Shown here: positions 51,401-58,045 of the stretch, piece by piece
How the letters are laid out: the number at the start of each line of letters is the position of its first letter
Numbering within the stretch: the first letter of the stretch is position 1
Assembly (NCBI GenBank): GCA_016188475.1
Contig: JACPHT010000007.1
Location: 80,467-144,466 of the forward strand
Reading direction: 5' to 3'
DNA from: Candidatus Uhrbacteria bacterium
Lineage (GTDB): Bacteria; Patescibacteriota; Patescibacteriia; UBA9934; GWF2-40-263
DNA: 64,000 bases
The notes under the pieces: model-generated
Databases searched by the model: none
Told to the model about the DNA's origin: nothing
Seen by the model: only the letters and a program-made list of their open reading frames with translations
Translations under genes and position numbers: made by a program

Positions 51401-52581
51401 ACTCCTGTTTCACCAAATTCTTCGTCAATCTCTGTATTGTCACAGTTTGCGGCTTTAACAACAGCTGAAATTTTTGTTGCTGTTGCTTTGTTGCCTGCGC
51501 AATCAAACGCAGAAGCCCAAAGAGGATAACTTTTGTTTGTAACGTATCCGATTGTGTCCCATTCAACATTCTCGTCTGTTGAAAAAATGTTTACCGTGTT
51601 GTTTCCAACAAGTTTTTGACTGGTTGACAGATCAAGTCCTGATGAATAAAGCGCTTCATCATCACTTACTGAGTAAAAATCTACACTTGAAACTCCTGTG
51701 TCGTCTTTTGTTTCGGCTTGCAAAATCTGAATCGTTCCAACAATAACGGATTGTCCATTCGTTGGAGTTTTCATGCTGATTGTCGGACCTTTTACATCAA
51801 CTCCATCGCCTGTTGTGAAAGAAAATTCATTCAGATTTCCAAACGTACTAAGTTCTGCGCCACTTGTTGACTTAAGAGCGGAATTGATCTTAAGCTCATA
51901 TTCCGTGTTTGCTGCAAAGCAATGCGATGTTGTATTTGGCGCCGGACAAAAAGCGGCTGGAGTGAATTTGACCACGCTTCCTTTTGTTGCAAAAGTTCCA
52001 TCAACCGCGTTTCCACCTTTTTGTTTGATTGTAATTCCTTCTGAAATTGTTGAAGCATTAACGTTCTTTGAAAAAACAAGTTGGAGCTGAAGATTTCGAA
52101 TAGCACTCGCGCATTCTGTATTAACTGAATTGAGTTTGAACGAGGAAAGTGTCCCGTTGTCTGGATACGAACCTCCGCCTCCGCCTGTCCCTGTTGTAAC
52201 ACCCACTCCTGTTGTTTCAATAAGTTTGCCAATAATAAATTGGACTATTCCAAATGATGCCAAAACAATTATCAGTCCAACAATCGCCTGGCTTAAAATC
52301 TTTTTTGCTGTTTCAAGCCGTTTTGTGTTGCCGGCAGAGGTCATGTATAAAAATCCAGCGTAAACAATCATGGCAACCGCAATTATTCCAACAAAACTTA
52401 TTGCTGTTCTGATCAATCGAGCGATGATGAGCTGAATCGAAGGACCTGTTGCAAATCCGGCGTTTTGCGCGAACTCTTTCAAATCAACTCCTTGAGCAAA
52501 AACAGGAACAGCAACAATGAGCCCAACGCTCACAAGCGCGAGAATAAAACCTGACAGAAATGATTTATATTGATGTTTCAT
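42430..52581 (-). CDS. Giant surface protein: pilin-like N-terminus, Ig-like and IPT/TIG domains, CG(N/D)G..E.CDDGN cysteine-rich repeats, C-terminal vWA
   Basis: 3383 aa; YAGFLYMTSAG; VTI.G..FG; DIVFVTDLTGTM and VILLADGEAN vWA-like motifs. Confidence 0.88.
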   Translation of the reverse strand: MKHQYKSFLSGFILALVSVGLIVAVPVFAQGVDLKEFAQNAGFATGPSIQLIIARLIRTAISFVGIIAVAMIVYAGFLYMTSAGNTKRLETAKKILSQAIVGLIIVLASFGIVQFIIGKLIETTGVGVTTGTGGGGGSYPDNGTLSSFKLNSVNTECASAIRNLQLQLVFSKNVNASTISEGITIKQKGGNAVDGTFATKGSVVKFTPAAFCPAPNTTSHCFAANTEYELKINSALKSTSGAELSTFGNLNEFSFTTGDGVDVKGPTISMKTPTNGQSVIVGTIQILQAETKDDTGVSSVDFYSVSDDEALYSSGLDLSTSQKLVGNNTVNIFSTDENVEWDTIGYVTNKSYPLWASAFDCAGNKATATKISAVVKAANCDNTEIDEEFGETGVNCGGDPTNVFYCGKCVADTCGQTAECSPGLVCENEVCVSKPRIDSVSPGDGAIGSLVTIKGLGFGAVGGNITFLGSKPEESKSVSAYSCNGKTKWSDKEIVVQLPVGAKDGPIEVATAGPDVKKDKTNDAFGPLSSDFDVNAVKRPGLCDVDPVKGESATGTTFSGLGLGAKQGSSVIYFKDFLSAGYSAWLDTQVKAVVPNMSSGNVSTQAFTGDYRCIDAVGKETGKLCAQDSDCGAGNSCATSWCSETLAYCSANKVCAEGDGKCVSVRVGSNKLAFAVLDSAKAETKPNISYVETGWKACSGGVNNGKVCAKDDTCGGGKCESAPNWGPAGQYVTIYGTDFGTSKGQVNFTSGLGKLALGDTQFPAQCGNQFWNNTSVIVKVPEEFQIANEFGDQIVFGAYKLSLKRQDGEVSNGVDFVIVDGAPGPAVCKLDPVAGPVETLVTAYGENLGTKDGTVTFFDKQSAGYIIWENTKVTDALVPAQAKTGPVFATTQAGYTSNSVNFAVGDCQNNFACPTNTFCCDDGSCKSNQADCSLKPKESHFAYRVSTGLIPEAPTIKVACDDKTISPSPWKNWEGSSSVCLNAVVTAAFTKQMDQTSLPDNIVVEKCNEEKSDGSCKAWQKLDGSLMTDEIAFTWTPSELLPQAAYIKVTVKGGQGGVRASDAVGGAFMEKDYVWDFRTAGQNELCEVGGVNVSPADFTATVDDQSVGYTSQLISKEHQCLTISCDGQTIDWSSNFPGATVQDPTVGTALCSSKVKATEETKGNPAKIKAEVTNAVNKPKDTGDLKIDFSDPKVDAFFPNCSTACVNAQPWARFNTDIDPSTVAASAVTLYECEDSICEANELKKTDLIQNVTYNKETKTLFVDYKAGSVMAANTWYRIVLNGSSIKSTSNVPLKDSGANYGTDFSWKFKTKNSDISCGIDSINVSPDLKTLNYVGQKQEYNATTYGAPDDCDASGQALQNSSYTWNAWTSKDTPDNYKAAQGGTAQDVAFMLQNGAIELATSLPEWCTSQCLNAGATIKHTQAVCGDGIVDYNGDGKNEAEECDDKNTNSGDGCSSSCLKEGSSLTCGNKIVDAGEQCDDGNTVSGDGCGSTCLNNGSSSVGATCGDGTVDFSPQTGGEDCDDGNTKNGDGCSSQCLFEGAIAKENVFSKCGNSKVESGEDCDDGNAVSGDGCSEKCLDEGASLEYGTPSFCSDSKIGKGEECDDGNNKSGDGCNAKCLNEGASAQYDPPSFCGDGKIQTSEECDVSAGQSLAIGGYAAAQINNNAPKEVDKTTGYAVSTITAEAENVKGDATLKVDCSCESDQACGDTTKLGCGSGSCCFVRPKKKPPYQPPSGNGPGNQGYCRNTAVSVQFDQKMDPKTFGAVDKNNNGKIDNGEISNIRLELFAKNGKYIYANPSLCPSNYQFVTSGEAPSGLFAKIWSVLKNGFWNLFGKDVSAAGNKCLAPVTFKTVDISGGQKIVLEYNDLLEKDSEYQLIIVGDKNTSDGTPFGVLSENGVGLCIGNTCEFGSTTNQFKIGSQVCLLDSVSVADNGKVNKQQYESASSGFFSKKDETHEFEAQALTYRDGLGVYEPINTTLSYSWTWDWGSSYATGKSENIVDLANGDIGKLEKSKFSSVGNNGLEHVIATAKINKDTFNVPTTSGKQTSGSLEVTALVCENPWPALNSTLGFPYIEKTDPTKPSNFGFYYCRDRGLDGTTDDLPSLADPVDVTSVATAGLLQELFFKVQGTPDAIGVRVFQNPNYLSPIAWFESQKFTGTYKELEIDGYQAIQSGNTAYITAANKNGNVIYPNIYVVSYNPNAGADAKEIFAQIFDHWKFNANTTEVSNVGLCKIGNSYVQNDEGDFINCAWDGECLETFENDECTITKNKPASAAECPLASAKNAFCDNDKSKLQNDMQRLTDITTTISALNKYGSQNKHCSVTKNQGCSTDSQCPGTESCVEGYPEVQQGTYVPAMSVSKWESWNAVLSNAVGSTLPKDPIDEFWQGCKSQGEGFDPLTCFNGLQGKFVCPKGSHVYGYQNKYGEKYKLFTQLEYGDSPWNFAIDQFDTDDVTVVAEYLSGLAAVPKGFVSNPLFCADTASWGISAVCGDGVVGQNETCEPGQVKAEYLSDGYVNVSCKDDCSNYQTVAEAQAAGSPKIDFACGNGVLEGSEICDDGAQNGTYGHCGSDCTFTKAFLCGDGYLAGGEQCDCGSIENFASLGNQSWAKINSCESSNGQYGDDPGKTCTYDCKQPGLSCGDKIVNGPEECDGGSQQWAGKLCTDNKTTCETDSDCPSGACGGGNQKQACGSSKVCVEAKDVGKQCGNNNQCESGKCNNSKCLGVDDIGTPCSNNAQCGSKKCSDFTYELTRTRVCKNDCSWPGFSSCQGGDQVCGNGKIEGTEECDDGNKSNNDSCTNGCKKNFCGDEYVYSGVEACDNGIDNVGPNDLNPCEASYDNTCNYCNWQCQYKTLSGSYCGDGIKNGNEFCDGNDQPYWCFNYDTGAEPVKAGNCSKSDALKLGPTGACSAGYTCQYLGVCNGGANNGKPCTLQPPNKTPAEYNASANKFVCGTDSQCVAPVCASDCSGSCPFTLKKTGILVQSELSGAQPLPSVDLYSYFNKEKLSPDNAVLLLPACSVGTKITANIDNSNVTEPNIDIVFVTDLTGTMKLGPDGKSASAPNRRIDIVTEAAKQAIDDLYDAYQGTDGKIRIGLVTYGYGVDYNHNVQDDVIALHPELETSLVPNNPGNKETLKNIIDTYKDNFGGWTLTGSAIQKAIKILDEQSAPENQKFVILLADGEANHALGDYSKYPPEKAIINDNDDKLKCNKMIGDNKKNYNKEDGIWVPYEGTEACIAEARYADGMIFDHIKSGDITFYSAVISDNTTQIAYMEHLSSLKCAGKEMADKNDCTEGNFAYQATTADGIKGMYNKIIESVLESKTTVTATKGTESSSETSITPVGQNVELPLPETFACQNKQTLMPIQTIFNGTGTMNFSNITFEYCPVP

Positions 52582-52665
52582 GCATTTTATCCCTTCGACT
52601 CCGGCAAAATTATTGCCTGAGCCTGTCGAAGGCTTTAATTTTGCCTTCGCTCAGGGAATAAAATT

Positions 52666-54471
52666 TCACTTTACATTCCCCGGCAATGTGCCCGGTTCAT
52701 ACAATGTCTTACACGCGACAGCAGACGGCGATCCATTACAACAATACGGTTTACTTGAATTTGTTCCGTCACACGCGCCGCCAACTTGCATTGAAGGATA
52801 CATACAAATTTGATACGCGCTTTTTAGACCGTTTGTTACAACAGGATAATAATCATATCCGCCTTCAGCATTGCTTATAAAAGCAGGATGTCCAATTAGC
52901 ACTTTGGTTGTTTTTGCGTCAACATTATCTTCCTTATTTGATGAAAACCACATTGAATAAAGTGGATCCGGCCAAACAGAAACATTTGAACTATTCACAG
53001 TCGAGCCTTTCAGAAGTGTGCTGAATGCAATTTCAAGCGGTGCGTTTTGATCAATCTCTTGACCTCCAATTTCAGGTTTTAACGAAACAATTTTTGGAAC
53101 AGTGTCATTGATCGCGTCTGTTGTGTTGAACGACCAAGAGTAATTATCATTCAAAGCATTGTTTGCGCAAACTGCCAAATCTTTTTCTGATCCACAAGCT
53201 TTCCCATCTCCATTTCCATCAAGCGAATTTCCTGACGCGTCAGTCAATCCATCATATGAAACTCCAATAAGTTGCGCTTGCGGGGGATTGGAATTATCTA
53301 GTGTCGCCGCCTTGCCAGTGACACTCAAATCAGCGGTTGCTGGCAAGCAATAAATCACATCACCGCAGGGATCTTTTGAACACGCGTCAGTGCTTGTAAA
53401 CCCAACTGTTTTGTATCCATTGCTAATTTCATATGTTCCCTGAACATTTCCGGCAACATCTTTTTGAGTAATCGCGATGTTTGTAAATAATGGATTTTTT
53501 TCATCAATATAAGAACCTGTTGAAGACACTGGGTCCATTGCTTCATTGAATGTCATTTCTACAGTCACATTACGCGGTTCTTCTGACGAATTATTTGGAA
53601 TCACAGAAACAACTTTTGGCGGAGTGAGATCGATTTCTGTTGAAACCTCAAACGTCCATCCATATCCGGAGGAATAAGCTCCAACAAAAGCATTTGAGCC
53701 GTTTGCTTTTTTGATTCCTGGTTGAAGCGCGACAGTATAATTCGTGTCCGATGTTGGATTGCCAAGAAGATCAACGGGATCAAAAACGTAAATTGTATTC
53801 TGTTCGTTTGTCACAACTTTTACAGCATCCGTCCCGAGTTTTTTGTCTTTTCCTTTTGCTGTTTCAAAAATATAGACATTCGTGTTGTTAAGTCCGCTCT
53901 CGCCAGAAATGATGGATTTTGGATCTACGGCTTCTTTGAATGTAACGAAAATTTTTGTATTGCGAGGAATTTCAACCGCGTTGCGGGGAGGATAATGGCT
54001 TTCGACAATTCCTGCGCCAAGCGCGCCGGCAAGCGGTTCTTTATATTTTTCAATTACAGCCTTTGAAACAATCTGACCGGAAGTCGCGCCCAAAATCGCA
54101 TTTATGACAAACAACGCGATCGCGTATGAAGAAAAAATAATTAAAACTCCGATTGTTGCCTGAGTGATGATTTTTTTCGCCTTTTCCGTTTTTCCTGCTT
54201 CGCCTTGCGAAGTCATGTACAAAAATCCGGCGTACAGAACAAGAAGAACAAAAATGATTCCTAAAATTCCAAGAAAAGCGCGAATTAAACGCGCGATTAT
54301 TAGGATAATGTTTGTTTGTGGCAAACCAGATGCTTCGGCAGAAGTTTGAAGAAAATCCGTTTGCGCAAAAACAGGATGAGCAAGTCCGAAGAAAACAAAA
54401 ACGCACAGCACGCCAAAGCCTGCCGCGTAAACGGCAAATGAACGCAAGTATGTCCGACTATTATCGGTCAT
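52666..54471 (-). CDS. Pilin-headed Ig-like domain surface protein
   Basis: YAGFLYMTSQGE..KAKKII; D.TPP.V.SV.P...F.E.MD Ig-like repeats. Confidence 0.85.
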   Translation of the reverse strand: MTDNSRTYLRSFAVYAAGFGVLCVFVFFGLAHPVFAQTDFLQTSAEASGLPQTNIILIIARLIRAFLGILGIIFVLLVLYAGFLYMTSQGEAGKTEKAKKIITQATIGVLIIFSSYAIALFVINAILGATSGQIVSKAVIEKYKEPLAGALGAGIVESHYPPRNAVEIPRNTKIFVTFKEAVDPKSIISGESGLNNTNVYIFETAKGKDKKLGTDAVKVVTNEQNTIYVFDPVDLLGNPTSDTNYTVALQPGIKKANGSNAFVGAYSSGYGWTFEVSTEIDLTPPKVVSVIPNNSSEEPRNVTVEMTFNEAMDPVSSTGSYIDEKNPLFTNIAITQKDVAGNVQGTYEISNGYKTVGFTSTDACSKDPCGDVIYCLPATADLSVTGKAATLDNSNPPQAQLIGVSYDGLTDASGNSLDGNGDGKACGSEKDLAVCANNALNDNYSWSFNTTDAINDTVPKIVSLKPEIGGQEIDQNAPLEIAFSTLLKGSTVNSSNVSVWPDPLYSMWFSSNKEDNVDAKTTKVLIGHPAFISNAEGGYDYYPVVTNGLKSAYQICMYPSMQVGGACDGTNSSKPYCCNGSPSAVACKTLYEPGTLPGNVK

Positions 54472-54510
54472 GACGAAAAGGGTGAAGTTGTGTATACATT
54501 TTAGCGTATT

Positions 54511-55551
54511 TTACAAAGAGATAATAGGAAGAGTGTGGATAGACGTTAACTTTTGTTTCAATTTTTTTGCGTTTCCATGACCTAACAGTCCAAAATAAGA
54601 TTGAAACGTTTCTTTTGTTGGATGCGACTCAATTCTCTGTAACATCCGTCGTCTTGTTACTGTTCGTAATGTTCGATGATCCGTAAAATGAACCCAACCG
54701 AGAAAATCAACGCCGGAGGTAAAAGTCTTCAAAAAAATCTTGTTTGGATGAAGTGTTAAATGAAGATCAAACAGTAAAAAGGAACGTATTGCTGGAATCA
54801 AAGACTTGAGAGATGTTTTGTCATCAGAGAGAAAAACAAAATCATCAGCATAACGAACATAGTGTTTGATATGAAGTTTGTGTTTCACAAATTGATCAAA
54901 CTGATTCATATAGATATTTGAAAAAAGTTGTGATGTGAGATTGCCAAGCGGAAGTCCGATATTCCGCTTATTTTTTGTTTCAAAACTTCCGATGATTTTT
55001 TCAAGAAGCCATATGATGTTTTTGTCTGGGATATACTCTCCAAGGATACGAATCAAAATTCTGTGATCAATACTCCAAAAAAATTGTTTAATATCGCATT
55101 TCAAGACCCAACACGTTCGAGTGTGATTCTGACTAACTTGATAAGCAAAAGCCCGAAATCTGTCGACCGCTTTATGTACTCCCTTCTCGTTTCGACATGA
55201 AAATGAATCGCTTATGAATGTCTTATCGAAAAACGAATACAATATGCGATATAATGCCCGATGTAATGTGCGATCTCGTACTGACGCTTTGTGAATTAAA
55301 CGACGTTTTGGATCTGTGATGACAAATGATTCGTATTTTGAATGTCTGTATGTCTTGTTTTTCAAATCTCTATGTAAATCCAGAAGATTATCCATCAAAT
55401 ACAACTCGAACTCCTGTATGTCTTTTCTTGACCGCTTACCAACAACAAATTCACTCCAAGCACAAAGTAAATTCTCTATCGATATTATCTCTTCAAATGT
55501 ATGATCGAACAAAATTTTGGACACGCAACTAAGTGTACCCCCCCCCCCCAA
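54511..55551 (-). CDS. DGR reverse transcriptase
   Basis: LKCDIKQFF, GLPLGNLTSQLFSN, YVRYADDF, GVDFLG; TR/VR pair adjacent; start TTG 55551 or GTG 55524. Confidence 0.96.
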   Translation of the reverse strand: MGGGGTLSCVSKILFDHTFEEIISIENLLCAWSEFVVGKRSRKDIQEFELYLMDNLLDLHRDLKNKTYRHSKYESFVITDPKRRLIHKASVRDRTLHRALYRILYSFFDKTFISDSFSCRNEKGVHKAVDRFRAFAYQVSQNHTRTCWVLKCDIKQFFWSIDHRILIRILGEYIPDKNIIWLLEKIIGSFETKNKRNIGLPLGNLTSQLFSNIYMNQFDQFVKHKLHIKHYVRYADDFVFLSDDKTSLKSLIPAIRSFLLFDLHLTLHPNKIFLKTFTSGVDFLGWVHFTDHRTLRTVTRRRMLQRIESHPTKETFQSYFGLLGHGNAKKLKQKLTSIHTLPIISL

Positions 55552-55920
55552 CGATTTTTACCGGTTTTAAGTAAAGTCAAGGAGTCGTACCTTTTGTGGT
55601 ACAAATTTTATCAGGACTTACCCAAAGTACATCGTCATTCTCTCGGTCAGCGCATTGATACTTTATTTGTTGAAGTGATTGAAGCGATATCGGCCGCCAG
55701 TTTTCTCTCACCGGCGGAGAAACATCCGTATGTTCGTCTCGCGATCAAAAAAGCGGACACCTTGCGCGTACTTCTTTTGGTGCTTTGGGAAACGAAATCT
55801 CTTGATGACAAAAAATACATTGCTCTTTCCGTAAAGTTGGACGAAGCCGGAAAAATGCTTGGCGGTTGGAACGGCCAGCTCGCAAAACAAAACTCTCCAG
55901 CGAAAGCCGGAGAGAAATGA
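55501..55920 (+). CDS. avd: Avd-like four-helix-bundle DGR accessory protein
   Basis: LPK.HRHSLGQRID, L...L.E.GKMLGGW; position between TR and RT. Confidence 0.88.
   Translation: MIEQNFGHATKCTPPPQRFLPVLSKVKESYLLWYKFYQDLPKVHRHSLGQRIDTLFVEVIEAISAASFLSPAEKHPYVRLAIKKADTLRVLLLVLWETKSLDDKKYIALSVKLDEAGKMLGGWNGQLAKQNSPAKAGEK
55538..55549. repeat. C12 homopolymer in the avd/RT overlap
   Basis: gta-cccccccccccc-aacg. Confidence 0.95.
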
Positions 55921-55931
55921 AGAGAGTTGCG

Positions 55932-56052
55932 ACACGGCGAACGCGAACCCGTTGTCACGATTCCACCTGTTGTCAGGCCTGTCGTTGTACGCGTTGAGCC
56001 AGCGACCATCGTCGTTACGGTTCGCGTTCAGCAAGTTCGGATCGCCGTCGGA
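55932..56052 (-). ncRNA. DGR template repeat (TR)
   Basis: 121 bp, ungapped match to 56404-56524; 9 AAY codons in the target frame. Confidence 0.95.
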
Positions 56053-56279
56053 TTGCGCGAAACATCTTCCATATCACCACCCCTCGAATACTCTCAGGGT
56101 TGAATCGAATCCGGCATTGCAATGCCTTAATGTCTCGCGCCAAGTATCTTCTTTTTTATTGAAGTTTCTGCATGCACCACTCTATCCGAAACCATGGCCG
56201 CGGATACTCTCGATGCATGGATACTGGGGTCGGTAGCGGAAAGCCTTAACCGTCCGCATATTCACCTACTGCCACGAAT

Positions 56280-56285
56280 ATTATA
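56280..56285 (-). promoter_or_regulatory. Candidate -10 box (TATAAT) for the TR RNA
   Basis: Consensus hexamer about 230 nt upstream of TR. Confidence 0.5.
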
Positions 56286-56311
56286 GCCGATTTTATATTT
56301 TATGAAAAAAT

Positions 56312-56345
56312 TTAGCCCTGCTCCGACGGATCGGAACAGGGCTAA
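56312..56345. other. Hairpin downstream of VR (candidate DGR homing cruciform)
   Basis: ttagccctg-c-tccga-cgga-tcgga-a-cagggctaa. Confidence 0.65.
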
Positions 56346-56401
56346 GGGCTAAGTTCAAAGGGACAGAAGTCCCGAGTATCTTAGTGTTGAGAACTGACTT
56401 G

Positions 56402-57016
56402 CTACACGGCGAACGCGAACCCGTGGGCACGATTCCACCTGTCGGCAGGCCTGCCGTCGCACGCGCTGAGCCAGCGACCATCGCCGTAACGGTCCGCGCT
56501 CAGCAAGTCCGGAGCGCCGTCGGAGTCGTTGATGGGTTCGTGCATTGCGACGATCCACCACAGACCCATGGCTTCGATCTCCTTGTCCGTGAACTTCTCA
56601 CGGATGAGGCAGGCCAGTTCGGCGTTCGGCTTCGAGAGCTTGCGCTTGTCGGCCTCGGCGCGAATCTTCTTCGTGATCCGGTCGTTGCCCTCGAAGAGCA
56701 TGCCCTTGAGAACGGCGACTTCGGTCGTCACGCCGCTCGTCGGCTTGAAGTCCGGCGAACGGAGCACTTGCTTGGCGTAGTCGCCCACGCGGAAGCCTTT
56801 GCTCTCGAGTCGGGTGATCCAGTCCTCGCCGGTCGTGCCATCGCTGGTGACCGAGAAGTAGAGGACGCCGTCTTCCTCGCGCCACGAACGGATCGGTTCG
56901 GAAACCGAGAGTTCGTCGCGGAGAAAACGGAGCGCCATGTAATGGCCACCGAGCTTCTTCACGATGGCATTCAGTTGGCCGGCAGTGAGGTCGGAGGATG
57001 CGAATTCTTTGCTCAT
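56402..57016 (-). CDS. DGR target protein with C-terminal VR (probable CLec-type fold)
   Basis: SD aggag; ends W....GFAFAV; the last 40 codons are the VR. Confidence 0.92.
   Translation of the reverse strand: MSKEFASSDLTAGQLNAIVKKLGGHYMALRFLRDELSVSEPIRSWREEDGVLYFSVTSDGTTGEDWITRLESKGFRVGDYAKQVLRSPDFKPTSGVTTEVAVLKGMLFEGNDRITKKIRAEADKRKLSKPNAELACLIREKFTDKEIEAMGLWWIVAMHEPINDSDGAPDLLSADRYGDGRWLSACDGRPADRWNRAHGFAFAV
56404..56524 (-). repeat. DGR variable repeat (VR)
   Basis: 14 mismatches to TR, all at TR adenines. Confidence 0.95.
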
Positions 57017-57170
57017 GATTTTGTCTCCTTGGGCTAATTTGCCCGTTTCGTTTTCCTCTAATCCGAGGAGGAACCATGGCCAGTGTGGTCACAGCCAGAA
57101 ACCCTGAACAAAGTTGAAGGGCTTTTGACTATGACCATTCGCAAGACTTATCAAAGAACTAGGCTTCCAA

Positions 57171-57199
57171 CTTTACATCAAAATGCCACTTTTGTCAAT
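57171..57199 (-). promoter_or_regulatory. Sigma70-type promoter of the DGR target gene
   Basis: TTGACA-17 nt-TAAAGT on the minus strand. Confidence 0.6.
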
Positions 57200-57255
57200 A
57201 GTTTAGCATGTTTTTGATCAATTTTTACTACTTTTATTAACACATTCTGCTTTCT

Positions 57256-58005
57256 TTACATCACTTTAATAACAACAGTTGAAACACCATACAGCAAAAC
57301 AACTGCGATTGATCCGATAAACCCTGTCATGATTTTTTGCCAAGCTTTTACATGCGACTCATCACGCATAGAAGAAATCATATAACTAAACCCACCGTGT
57401 AAAATCATATTAACAGCTAAAATTCCAAACAAAAGTAGCAAGACTCTAAAAATGCGAACTCCGGTTTCTAAAAATGAATATGCTTGAAGTGAAACTGGAA
57501 CAATTTCAATTGCGGCAAATGCTGGAAAAGCAATTCCGACTCCGACGATCATCAAAACAAACACAGCAAGCAAAGATTCAACGATTTGTTTTACTCGTGT
57601 TCCATCAGCGCGACCCTGCACGACTTTCATAGCCATTCCCATTGCCTTCCCCATGTCTTGTTTGCTTGTTACACCTGATTCTTCAACTACTTTTTTCACG
57701 ATTGATGTGAGTTCATCATCAGAAATTTGTTTTGGCAAATATGCTTCAAGAACAGCAATCTCTATTCGAGCTTGAGAAGCTAAATCCTCTCGCTTTGCGC
57801 TTTCATACGAATCAAGTCCGTCGCGCAACTGTTTCACTTGCGATCGAATCACACCCAAAATTTCTTCATCTGATAATTCATGTTGAACATCAATTTGTTT
57901 GTTTTTCATTGCAGAACGCAATAAACGCAACGTTGAAAGCGTTGCGTTGTTTTTGCTTTTCATTGCGTCTTTCATCGCGTTTGTGATTTGGTCAGAAAGA
58001 GACAT
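57256..58005 (-). CDS. GatB/YqeY domain protein with C-terminal membrane (pilin-like) extension
   Basis: MKDAMKSK...LRLLRSA, YLPKQIS, DMGKAMG, GRADG; then hydrophobic helices. Confidence 0.88.
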   Translation of the reverse strand: MSLSDQITNAMKDAMKSKNNATLSTLRLLRSAMKNKQIDVQHELSDEEILGVIRSQVKQLRDGLDSYESAKREDLASQARIEIAVLEAYLPKQISDDELTSIVKKVVEESGVTSKQDMGKAMGMAMKVVQGRADGTRVKQIVESLLAVFVLMIVGVGIAFPAFAAIEIVPVSLQAYSFLETGVRIFRVLLLLFGILAVNMILHGGFSYMISSMRDESHVKAWQKIMTGFIGSIAVVLLYGVSTVVIKVM

Positions 58006-58045
58006 AGAACCCATGATGTCAAATTACTAGTGAATGACTAATGAC

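Noticed and set aside
42430-54471. Giant surface proteins as additional DGR targets
   Set aside because: No TR-like sequence found in them by eye; a BLASTN of TR would be decisive
54511-55551. RT as group II intron, retron or Abi RT
   Set aside because: Short length, GNLTSQ motif, adjacent avd and an adenine-specific TR/VR pair identify a DGR RT
55647-56236. ORFs 55647-56009, 55708-56034 and 55859-56236 crossing TR
   Set aside because: By-products of the non-coding TR and the antisense of avd
56384-57092. ORFs 56384-57037 (+) and 56598-57092 (-)
   Set aside because: Shadow frames of the GC-rich DGR target
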